A stretch of DNA of 64,000 bases from the NCBI GenBank assembly GCA_041160865.1, contig JBEAVQ010000003.1, positions 5,762 through 69,761 of the forward strand, read 5' to 3'. This stretch comes from Pseudomonadota bacterium. Lineage in GTDB: Bacteria > Pseudomonadota > Alphaproteobacteria > Caulobacterales > Aquidulcibacteraceae. Position numbers and translations under genes: made by a program. Positions within the stretch are counted from its first letter, which is position 1; every line of letters starts with the position of its first letter. This document shows positions 28,819 to 37,086 of the stretch, one piece after another. Under the pieces are notes generated by a model. The model saw only the letters and a program-made list of their open reading frames with translations. It did not search any database and had not been told where the DNA came from.

Positions 28819-28848
28819 TTGGCGCGCTTTAGCGTTTCAGGCTAAAGC
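28819..28848 (+). promoter_or_regulatory. Probable sigma70-type promoter giving a leaderless transcript
   Basis: TTGGCG-N16-GCTAAAGC ending 6 bp before ATG 28855; no SD; overlapped by a perfect 10-bp inverted repeat (28824-28850). Confidence 0.45.
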
Positions 28849-28854
28849 GCCGTT

Positions 28855-30114
28855 ATGATCCTCCGTCTTTTGCCCCTTCTGCTGGGCCTATCAACCCCTG
28901 TTTTCTTCACACCTGTACTAGCTCAAGCTGCAGCCCCTGCGGCTCTGGATCGCCTGTACGATAAGGTCCACTGCGAAACAGCTGGCCAAAGTTTTACTGG
29001 CGCAGATTTGCGTCAGCGCCTGATTGGCCAATCAGGCCTGACCATGACGGTTGAGCTTTTGATCGCCATTGAATCGCGTAGCTTGGGACAGCTTGCGGCA
29101 ACGAGCAAAGACGCCGCCTTGTCGGGCTTGCTCACATCAACCGAGACAGTGTTATCAACGCCGATGGTAGCAGAGGCTCGCTTCTTATTAACAAGCCAAG
29201 CCCAACCCGATGCGCGTGCTAGCGCGATTGCTTTTCTCAATGGCGATACAGATGGGATCAGCTTGGCGTGCACCGCCGCCTCCACACTACCGCCACCGCC
29301 AACCCCGGCCGTTTTCGTGCCGCAAAAGGAACCAGCCGCCAAGCAACGCGGATTGATCCTCGCTGACAGCAAAAATGACTTCATCAAACCTGCACGCGAA
29401 CGTGGCTTTGCTACGCTGGGCTTTGAAGAAGATAAGGCCGCCGACACCCGCCTTTTGAATGCCAGCCTAGCGCTGGCCATTGAGCCCATGTTATTTGCCA
29501 AGCCTTCGGAGACGACTGAATTACGCTGGACGCCCTTCGTCCAATATAACCGTCGTGCTGCGCGCTCTGGGCGTGAGGAGTTCAATGATCTTACGCTCGG
29601 CAATAGCATTATATTCCGCAATCCTACTCAGCCAGGTCGGGCGATTGGCTTTGGCTCGCTGGCATTTCAAACCGACGATGCTGCAAAAGCTGCCGTGTGG
29701 GTTGGTGACGCTTTGATCGACTTCCCGCGCGTTCGACCCTGCACCCGTCGCGACGCGCTGGGATGGGCCATGCGCTGCAATCTATCGATCGTCGTCGACT
29801 ATGCCGACGTGCAAGACCCAGGAGACAGCCAAAAACTGGCCGAACTCGACGCCTACCTGCGGGGTGGAATGAACTTGGGCTTGAGTGCTGAGCAGGCTTT
29901 TGGTTTTGGCGTTATCACCATCACGAGCAGCTATAATGGCCGCTATGACATCACAAGCCGCAAAGCCTCTGGCGGGATTTTCTCCGTCGGCGCAGGCCTG
30001 CGACCCTCGGCAGGGTCCAATATCTCGCTAGAGACGCGTTACACGCGCGGCACGACTATCAACACCTTGCTAGATGTCGACAAAATCACGTTGCGACTGG
30101 GCTATCGGCTCTAA
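28855..30114 (+). CDS. Hypothetical secreted protein, probable outer-membrane beta-barrel with N-terminal helical domain
   Basis: Signal peptide ...PVLAQA; Pro-rich linker; alternating amphipathic strands; C-terminal ITLRLGYRL. Confidence 0.55.
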   Translation: MILRLLPLLLGLSTPVFFTPVLAQAAAPAALDRLYDKVHCETAGQSFTGADLRQRLIGQSGLTMTVELLIAIESRSLGQLAATSKDAALSGLLTSTETVLSTPMVAEARFLLTSQAQPDARASAIAFLNGDTDGISLACTAASTLPPPPTPAVFVPQKEPAAKQRGLILADSKNDFIKPARERGFATLGFEEDKAADTRLLNASLALAIEPMLFAKPSETTELRWTPFVQYNRRAARSGREEFNDLTLGNSIIFRNPTQPGRAIGFGSLAFQTDDAAKAAVWVGDALIDFPRVRPCTRRDALGWAMRCNLSIVVDYADVQDPGDSQKLAELDAYLRGGMNLGLSAEQAFGFGVITITSSYNGRYDITSRKASGGIFSVGAGLRPSAGSNISLETRYTRGTTINTLLDVDKITLRLGYRL

Positions 30115-30125
30115 AGCGTAAGAGT

Positions 30126-31490
30126 CTAATAGGCGCAGGTATCATAGATCTTGTGGATATTGCCACCCCATTCCCCGTGATAGCGCTCGAGCAAACGTTG
30201 CGCTGGAGTCATGCCGCTAGCAGCAATTTCGTCAAGCTCACTTAAGAAGCCTGTCTCATCATCACCTGAAGCATTGAGCTTCGCGCGTGCGCGCAAGCCC
30301 TGGCGGGCAATCGTCAACACATCCTTGGCGACATCTTGGGCACTGCGACCCCGAATGGGTGCCTTGAGGCCCAAAAAGGGCACCGTGCGACGCAGGCTCT
30401 CGCGGTCTTCCGCTGTCCAATCCTTGACGAGTTCCAAGGCTGCCTCGGTGGCCGCATCATCATACAGCAGACCAACAAAGAGGGCGGGCAAAGCACACAG
30501 CCGCGACCAAGGGCCCGCATCTGCGCCGCGCATTTCCAAGAAAGTCTTCAGACGGACTTCTGGGAAGCAGGTCGTCAAATGGTCTTCCCAATTCTTCATC
30601 GTCGGCTTTTCGCCGGGCAATTCGGGTAAGCGGCCTGCCATGAAGTCCCGGAATGAACGCCCTGCGAGATTGAGATACTCGCCATTGCGCTTGACAAAAT
30701 ACATCGGCACGTCGAGCGCCCATTCAGCATAGCGGGCAAAACTCATACCCGGCTCAAACACAAACGGCAGCATGCCCGTGCGATCTGGGTCGGTATCGCT
30801 CCACACATGGGCGCGATAGCTCAAGAAGCCGTTGGTGCGACCTTCTGCAAAGGGGGAATTGGCGAATAAGGCTGTGGCGATGGGTTGCAGCGCCAGCGAC
30901 GCACGGAACTTCTTCACCATGTCGGCTTCTGAACCAAAGTCCAAATTGGTTTGTACCGTGCAAGAGCGGAACATCATTTGTCGACCCAGTCGGCCGACCT
31001 TGGGCATATAGTCCCGCATAATTTTATAACGGCCCTTTGGCATCAGCGGAATTTCTTCCAAGCTGTGCAAGGGGTTGAAGCCCAGACCCAAAAAGCCAAT
31101 GCCGAGCTTGTCGGTGACAGTACGGACGTCACTGAGATGGGCACCTACTTCCGTGCAGGTCTGGTGCAAATGCTCTAACGGAGCGCCAGACAATTCAAAC
31201 TGACCGCCGGGCTCCAGCGTGATCGACGCCATGCCCTGCTTTAGGCCAATGATATCATCGCTTTCATAAATGCCATCCCAGCCCGAAAGGGTCTTCATCC
31301 CATCCAAAAGAGCGCGCACACCCGTGTCGCCCGCATAAGGGACAGGCGCGTGGGTGACTTTGTAGAAGCCGAACTTCTCATGCTCGGTCCCGATTTTCCA
31401 ATCAGATTTAGGCTTTGGCCCCGCATCAAAATAGGGCAACAAATCCTCAAATGTCTCGAGGGGGCGGGAAAGGTCTTCTGAATCAGCCAT
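30126..31490 (-). CDS. gshA: Glutamate--cysteine ligase (alphaproteobacterial/plant type)
   Basis: IGTEHEKF, ITLEPGGQFELSG, MPKGRYKIM, SCTVQTNLDF, EVRLKTFLEMRGAD; start set at MADSE. Confidence 0.95.
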   Translation of the reverse strand: MADSEDLSRPLETFEDLLPYFDAGPKPKSDWKIGTEHEKFGFYKVTHAPVPYAGDTGVRALLDGMKTLSGWDGIYESDDIIGLKQGMASITLEPGGQFELSGAPLEHLHQTCTEVGAHLSDVRTVTDKLGIGFLGLGFNPLHSLEEIPLMPKGRYKIMRDYMPKVGRLGRQMMFRSCTVQTNLDFGSEADMVKKFRASLALQPIATALFANSPFAEGRTNGFLSYRAHVWSDTDPDRTGMLPFVFEPGMSFARYAEWALDVPMYFVKRNGEYLNLAGRSFRDFMAGRLPELPGEKPTMKNWEDHLTTCFPEVRLKTFLEMRGADAGPWSRLCALPALFVGLLYDDAATEAALELVKDWTAEDRESLRRTVPFLGLKAPIRGRSAQDVAKDVLTIARQGLRARAKLNASGDDETGFLSELDEIAASGMTPAQRLLERYHGEWGGNIHKIYDTCAY

Positions 31491-31582
31491 GCACAAAGTC
31501 TCATACGACGTGAAGTTCACGCTGGTGTGAGTTAGGGCGCGTTTATGACAGGCGCAAGAAGGCCCCTTGGATTTTGCCGTTT

Positions 31583-32224
31583 TTATACTGTCAGGGCATG
31601 CGCAAACTGATGGTTGACGTCGCGGTGCTTGGCTTCATCGGCCCGCACCGCCAAGACCACATCACGCAGTCGCGCATCGGGGGCAAGCTTCCAATAGTCA
31701 ATCGCAATGGCTGGCGCGGCCACATTCTCCAGCCGACCCGCATCGATCTCAGCCAAGTAAGAGGTATAGCTGATCACCGCTTCTTCCTCAAAATAACCAA
31801 CCATACGATGGGCCGTACGGGGGAAGAAAAGATAGAGCACAAAGAAGGCATTGAAGAACACACCTTGCGCCAACAAGATCAATAAGCGCTCTAGCCAGTT
31901 TGGCTGGGCGATGGTCACAAATGTCATCAGGTGCATGCGCTCGTTTTGAGATTCATCCAGCAGCGTCTGGATCCAGCCGTGATCATCTTCCATGCGTCGG
32001 ATGCTGCGCATATGAACCAACATTCCGGCGACCATGCCCGGTACAGCCGCTACGGTTTCCAGCACCACAGCGCGGTGGCCATAGCGCTTGGCAAAAAAGC
32101 GATCAGCAAAGAAGCGTAGGGCACGCGTCAGGCCCAAAGCGACCCGGTCCGAGAGGTCTTGGGGGGCTTGATGAAACTCCAAAGGGTTTGCCGTTTCAAA
32201 AGAATAACCCGACGCCGTACTCAT
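31583..32224 (-). CDS. aox: Alternative oxidase (ubiquinol oxidase, di-iron)
   Basis: [40 protein letters not shown]. Confidence 0.95.
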   Translation of the reverse strand: MSTASGYSFETANPLEFHQAPQDLSDRVALGLTRALRFFADRFFAKRYGHRAVVLETVAAVPGMVAGMLVHMRSIRRMEDDHGWIQTLLDESQNERMHLMTFVTIAQPNWLERLLILLAQGVFFNAFFVLYLFFPRTAHRMVGYFEEEAVISYTSYLAEIDAGRLENVAAPAIAIDYWKLAPDARLRDVVLAVRADEAKHRDVNHQFAHALTV

Positions 32225-32309
32225 GACTGTCTCCTGCTTTTGGGCACCTAGCGCGCGTGATTGCCCTCAGGTCCTAGCGTCAGATGGTGATTAGGCGCGC
32301 CTTCGAAAA

Positions 32310-32325
32310 TGCGACGCAATGTCGC
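32310..32325. promoter_or_regulatory. RegA/PrrA/SpdR-type box upstream of aox
   Basis: TGCGAC-GCAAT-GTCGC, perfect GCGAC/GTCGC palindrome, 86-101 bp upstream of the aox start. Confidence 0.75.
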
Positions 32326-32339
32326 TCCCTCTTTCGCCC

Positions 32340-33068
32340 TCAAATCCAATCGCCCCAAGCGCTTTGGATCAAGGTTAGCCCCGCAAAAATTGCCGTATCG
32401 GCTCGCAAAATACGTGGGCCCAGATTGACGGGGCGAACAAGTGGGCTCGCCCGCAATTTCTTTCGCTCTGCTGGCGTAAAGCCGCCTTCAGGGCCGGTCA
32501 AAAGCGCCACGCAGGCAGGCTTATCGGCTAAAGCTTCTGCGACCGATATGGCATCGCCTGCTTCATCAGCAAACAGGATCAGTCGCTGTTCTGCCTTGGG
32601 ATCAAACAAGCTCATGAGGCTTACCGCATCGAAAACCTCGGGAACAAACAAGGTGCCGCACTGCTCAGACGCCTCTGCCGCGCGACTTCGGAGGCGCTCA
32701 AGATTGAGCTTCCGAACGATGGTGCGCTCGGTCAATACAGGCCTGATGCGCGCCACGCCAAGCTCTGTGGCCTTTTCGACAATCGTATCGGTGCGGTCGC
32801 CCTTTACCGGGGCAAACAAGAGATCGAGATAACAAACGGAGGTTTGGGTACGGGTCTGTTCAGCACAGTCGGCTTCCGCGCCTTTTTTGCTAATCTGGGT
32901 CAAATGGGCCAGCCATTCTCCATCGCGGCCATTGAACAACAAAACCGCCGCGCCCACAGGCAAACGCAACACATTGGCTAGGTAATGTGCCTGCCCTGCG
33001 TCGAGCGGTACGGACCGATCTTGACCCAAATCAGAGGCGACATACAGGCGTTGGCTGGGCTTCATCAT
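32340..33068 (-). CDS. rsmE: 16S rRNA m3U1498 methyltransferase RsmE
   Basis: HYLANVLRL, IVEKATELGV, EASEQCG, LTGPEGGF, LGPRILRADTA. Confidence 0.95.
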   Translation of the reverse strand: MMKPSQRLYVASDLGQDRSVPLDAGQAHYLANVLRLPVGAAVLLFNGRDGEWLAHLTQISKKGAEADCAEQTRTQTSVCYLDLLFAPVKGDRTDTIVEKATELGVARIRPVLTERTIVRKLNLERLRSRAAEASEQCGTLFVPEVFDAVSLMSLFDPKAEQRLILFADEAGDAISVAEALADKPACVALLTGPEGGFTPAERKKLRASPLVRPVNLGPRILRADTAIFAGLTLIQSAWGDWI

Positions 33069-33144
33069 TCACTCATTTGGCTAGCCCCCTTGCGCGGGGT
33101 GTTAGGTAGCGTGCACACTTCAGACTTATGCCGGAGGAAGCAAG

Positions 33145-33957
33145 ATGGCCAACGACAAGAAGTCCACAAAAGCTGCAAGCGATGCTGCGAAATCCAAGAT
33201 GACCGACGCCGCGTTTCTGGAACAGTTAGAGCCTCTCCAAGTCGCGCTGGTCACCACCCAGCAATGGCTGATGGAAACCGGGGCAAAAGTGCTGATCATC
33301 TTTGAAGGCCGCGATGCGGCAGGCAAGGACGGCACAATCAAGCGCATGATTGAGCATATGGGTGCGCGCTCAACCCGCGTCGTCGCGCTGCCCAAGCCGT
33401 CTGATCGTGAAAAAACTCAATGGCATTTCCAACGCTACGCCGCCCATCTGCCAGCGGCGGGTGAAGTCGTGATATTTAACCGCTCTTGGTATAATCGCGG
33501 CGGCGTAGAGCCTGTCATGGGCTTTTGCACGCCTGAAGAGCATGCCGATTTCTTGCGCGATGTAGTGCCGTTTGAAACCATGTTGAATGAGTCAGGCACC
33601 CATATCATCAAGCTTTGGCTAGATATCAGTCGCGAAGAACAGGCCCGACGTCTGGAAGAGCGGCGCACAGATCCACTCGCCCGCCTGAAGATCAGCCCGC
33701 TGGATGCTGTCGCGCAAGAAAAATGGGACGACTACACCGCCGCGCGCGACGAAATGCTCAAAGCCACCCACACCGCTCGCACCCCTTGGTATTGCATCCG
33801 CGCAGACTCTAAAAAGCACGCCCGCCTCGCCATCATTCGCCACGTCTTGCACCAACTCGCCTGCCCCAAATTGGAGAGACAAGTTCCTGAGGCCTCGAGT
33901 GAGCTTTTGTTCAAGTTCACAGCAAAGGCCATTAAGGATGGGCGTCTGGCGGATTGA
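33145..33957 (+). CDS. ppk2: Polyphosphate kinase 2
   Basis: FEGRDAAGKDG (Walker A), FNRSWYNR, KLWLDISREEQ. Confidence 0.93.
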   Translation: MANDKKSTKAASDAAKSKMTDAAFLEQLEPLQVALVTTQQWLMETGAKVLIIFEGRDAAGKDGTIKRMIEHMGARSTRVVALPKPSDREKTQWHFQRYAAHLPAAGEVVIFNRSWYNRGGVEPVMGFCTPEEHADFLRDVVPFETMLNESGTHIIKLWLDISREEQARRLEERRTDPLARLKISPLDAVAQEKWDDYTAARDEMLKATHTARTPWYCIRADSKKHARLAIIRHVLHQLACPKLERQVPEASSELLFKFTAKAIKDGRLAD

Positions 33958-34025
33958 GGGGGGCAAACTGGGCGCGAAGCAACTACTGTCACAAAAGTGG
34001 TGCCGTTGATTTGTGCTTCAAGTTT

Positions 34026-34459
34026 TTAGAACGAAACAGGCTGAAACGCCCAAATCAATTGGCGAATATGACCGTTCTTTGATAAAAGGCACACCATCCC
34101 ACCATGCCACGTGTCTACGAAAAAGACATCTACTTCAAACTCGTTGCTTACTTGACGGAAGAAACAAATTCCCCCGCGTTGGGACCGCTGAAACTCCATT
34201 CCTTTGCGTTCAATCTGCTCCCGCGCTGTTTTCCGGTCTGCGCCAATCGAAACTCCAAGCTTGGCACCACTACTGATCAATCCGTTTGGATGAAACAAAG
34301 CCATACGCGCTTGTTCGTCAGCAGATAGCCACCCGCAAAAGGCAATAATAAAAGAAAAAATAATTATTAGAATGAGCTTAATGGCTGAGACTTTCGAAAC
34401 GGGCTGAAGATGATTTTATCCAGCGATTTAGAGATTGGGCGTTTTTCAGGATTTTCCAT
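34026..34459 (-). pseudogene. Orphan single-pass membrane protein split by a -1 frame change at CGA-AAG (pseudogene, programmed frameshift or assembly error)
   Basis: ATG 34459 with AGAGGT upstream; frame 0 stops after 30 aa; the -1 frame is open through a TM helix (KLILIIIFSFIIAFCGWL) into the 34026-34304 ORF; joined product 144 aa. Confidence 0.55.
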
Positions 34460-34640
34460 GGCTACTACCTCTAACTTTTTGCCGCTGTACTTTACCGGTA
34501 GGATAATCCGCCTTGCGCCTTGGGTGTGATCTTCAATCCAGCCTCGGAATGCACCATCGTCAAGCAAAGCCTTAAGTGAATTGACCTCTAACTACGCAGT
34601 TTGACTTTGAAACGTCACTTATCGTTTAGCCGTATTCGCT

Positions 34641-34785
34641 CTCCCCTCCCCCTATGGGAGAGGGGGCGGGGGTGAGGGTGCTCTACGAAATGGCGCGTTG
34701 CTCCTTGCTTTGAAGGCATCCGCAACGCGCGCCTAAACTGTGTGAGTGTAATGCCCTCACCCCACCCCCTCTCCCACTGCGAGAG
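34641..34785. repeat. MITE-like palindromic element with about 24-bp inverted arms
   Basis: TGGGAGAGGGGGCGGGGGTGAGGG (34655-34678) vs CCCTCACCCCACCCCCTCTCCCA (34754-34776); internal GCGCGTTGC/GCAACGCGC palindrome. Confidence 0.7.
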
Positions 34786-34796
34786 CGGCTTTAAGC

Positions 34797-35654
34797 TTAC
34801 CGCGCCCGCAAACCCTTTGGCACGAGATCATTCAACACCGCTGGCAGTGCCGCAATCAAGTCACCCGCAATCAAGCCCGGTCCAACCCGATTAGCCGCCG
34901 TCGCATGGATCCAGACCGCCGCGCAGGCTGCTTCAAATGCGGGCATAGACTGCGCCACTAGTCCGCCGATTAGGCCTGCAAGCACATCGCCAGTTCCGGC
35001 GCTGGCACAAAAGGGGGTGGCCAAATCTGACGAGGCTATGCGACCATCTGGGGCTGCGACCCAAGTCTCTGCACCTTTATGCACGACGATAGCTTGCAGG
35101 TCCTGGGCGAGCGTCAAACTCGCCTCCCGCTTCTTGTCCGGATCAAACGGCCCTGCGAGGCGGGTGAATTCGCCGCTGTGCGGGGTTAAGATGGTTGGGG
35201 CGGAGCGCGCTTGCACTGCTTGCCACAAAGGCCCGTCGCGACCGCTTTGCGCAATAAGGGTCAAGGCATCAGCGTCGAGTACCAAGGGCTTCGGAAAGCC
35301 CTGCACCATATCCAACACATCACTGGCTTGGTCGCCGGTCAGCCCGAAGGCAGGGCCCAACACGACCGCATCAAAATCCGCACACAGGCTCGATAGGCTT
35401 TGCTCAGGTAAGCGCTCGACAATCAAACGCTCTGTCTCATGACAGGCCAGAATGGAGGCAATCTCAGGGGAAGCGATCAAGCTGACCCACCCTGCCCCGA
35501 TGCGATGCCCTGCAGCGGCAGCTAGGCGCGCGGCACCGGTTTGCAACTTACCGCCACAGATGACGGCTAGCCGGCCGCGGCTATGCTTATGCGATTGTGC
35601 GCTTGGCCACGGAATGGCGCGGGCTTGCTCGATACTGATCACCAACTCTGTCAT
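34797..35654 (-). CDS. nnrD: ADP-dependent NAD(P)H-hydrate dehydratase, stand-alone
   Basis: HKHSRGRLAVICG, VVLGPAFG, LVLDADAL, ILTPHSGEF, SAGTGDVLAG. Confidence 0.9.
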   Translation of the reverse strand: MTELVISIEQARAIPWPSAQSHKHSRGRLAVICGGKLQTGAARLAAAAGHRIGAGWVSLIASPEIASILACHETERLIVERLPEQSLSSLCADFDAVVLGPAFGLTGDQASDVLDMVQGFPKPLVLDADALTLIAQSGRDGPLWQAVQARSAPTILTPHSGEFTRLAGPFDPDKKREASLTLAQDLQAIVVHKGAETWVAAPDGRIASSDLATPFCASAGTGDVLAGLIGGLVAQSMPAFEAACAAVWIHATAANRVGPGLIAGDLIAALPAVLNDLVPKGLRAR

Positions 35655-35693
35655 TCACGCCATCGTTTCAGAGGGAGGCGCGCCAAACATCCG

Positions 35694-36179
35694 CTAACGC
35701 GTCCGCTCAAGCTCAACGCCCGAACAAGCAGCGCCTGGCACCGCGCCTGGCTTTTCAACCCGTAGCCGGACACTCAAAATCCGGTTGTCCTTCAACACGC
35801 CTTCGCAGACTTTTTCGGCAAAGGTTTCAATCAGATGCAAATGCTCACCGGCTGCGACGGTGCGCACATGGGCGACAAGGCTGTCATAATCGACGGTCTC
35901 GGCCAGCTCATCACTGCCAGCGCGAACCGATGAACCGACTTGGACCTCCAAATCGACCACCAAAGGACGCCGCCGCCCCTTTTCATGCGCATAGACGCCG
36001 CATTCAGCCTCTACCATCAGACCTTTGACGAAAATCTTGGTCGAGACGGCGCGCGTCGGCGTGGCCTCCTCGCCCTTCGATTGTTCAGAAAACGGCTTGG
36101 CGGGTGGCTTGGCTGGACGGCGGATCATGCCGCCTTGTCGCATCACAACGCCCAGTTCAGAGGGGCCTGAAGATTTCAT
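35694..36179 (-). CDS. folB: Dihydroneopterin aldolase
   Basis: CGVYAHEKGRRRPLVVDL, ETVDYD, LIETFAE, VEKPGA. Confidence 0.9.
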   Translation of the reverse strand: MKSSGPSELGVVMRQGGMIRRPAKPPAKPFSEQSKGEEATPTRAVSTKIFVKGLMVEAECGVYAHEKGRRRPLVVDLEVQVGSSVRAGSDELAETVDYDSLVAHVRTVAAGEHLHLIETFAEKVCEGVLKDNRILSVRLRVEKPGAVPGAACSGVELERTR

Positions 36180-36943
36180 TCGTTGATCCCATCCACATCA
36201 GGTGTACGCCAAATCAGGCTTTGCCCACCATCAACGGCCATGATTTGACCCGTTATGGCCTCGGCATTTAACAGAAAGCAAACCGCATCTACCACACTTG
36301 CGACAGGACTGCCCGTGCCCAACAGCGTGGCATCGACTTGTTTTTGAAAATCTTCCTCAGACTGGCGGATGTTGCGTGCCGTCGGGCCCGGTGCCACGCC
36401 ATTGACGCGCACGTGGGGCGCTAGGGCTTGCGCCAACGTATGCGTCGCTGTGGCCAAGGCAGCTTTGGATAAGGTGTAGGTAAAAAACTGCGGCGTTAGC
36501 TTGAAGATGCGTTGATCAATCAGATTGATGATGGAGCCAGTCTGTCCCTCTGGCAAAGAAGCAGCCAAATTGCGCGCCAATTCGCAGGGAACGCGGACAT
36601 GGACATCAAAATGGCGGTCCCAGCTAGCGCGGGTAAAATCCGATGCCTCATCACCTTCAAAGATCGAGGCATTGTTGACCAGCCCGGTGATGGGGGCACC
36701 GGCCAGACTGCTGGCCCGCGTGATCAGGCTGGCAACATCGGCCTCCACCAAAAGATCCGCTTGCACGGTAAAGGCATTTGCCCCCTTTGCCCGCAAGCGT
36801 ATGGCCGCGGCTTCTGCAAGCGCAATCGAGGTGCTGGCATGAAGGACCAAGGTGTGACCCACCTCTGCTAGCTTTTCTGCGATGGCAAGGCCTAGGCGTT
36901 GGCCTGCACCTGTCACCAATACGGTTTTGGGATTTAATGTCAT
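36176..36943 (-). CDS. SDR family oxidoreductase (pteridine reductase/FolM-like)
   Basis: TGAGQRLG, LVNNASIF, YTLSK, RVNGVAPGP; adjacent to folB. Confidence 0.88.
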   Translation of the reverse strand: MTLNPKTVLVTGAGQRLGLAIAEKLAEVGHTLVLHASTSIALAEAAAIRLRAKGANAFTVQADLLVEADVASLITRASSLAGAPITGLVNNASIFEGDEASDFTRASWDRHFDVHVRVPCELARNLAASLPEGQTGSIINLIDQRIFKLTPQFFTYTLSKAALATATHTLAQALAPHVRVNGVAPGPTARNIRQSEEDFQKQVDATLLGTGSPVASVVDAVCFLLNAEAITGQIMAVDGGQSLIWRTPDVDGINE

Positions 36944-37086
36944 GGGGTTAAACTAGAGCACAGACGCTTGTAGGGCCAGCCCTGTTCAAAAGCCCGAAAT
37001 CAGCGGATACCTTCTCCACCGTAAGTACGACTTTCCTATTCCTCGATAAAGATTTAAGGCTTATAGAAACGAATTTATTATCTTAA

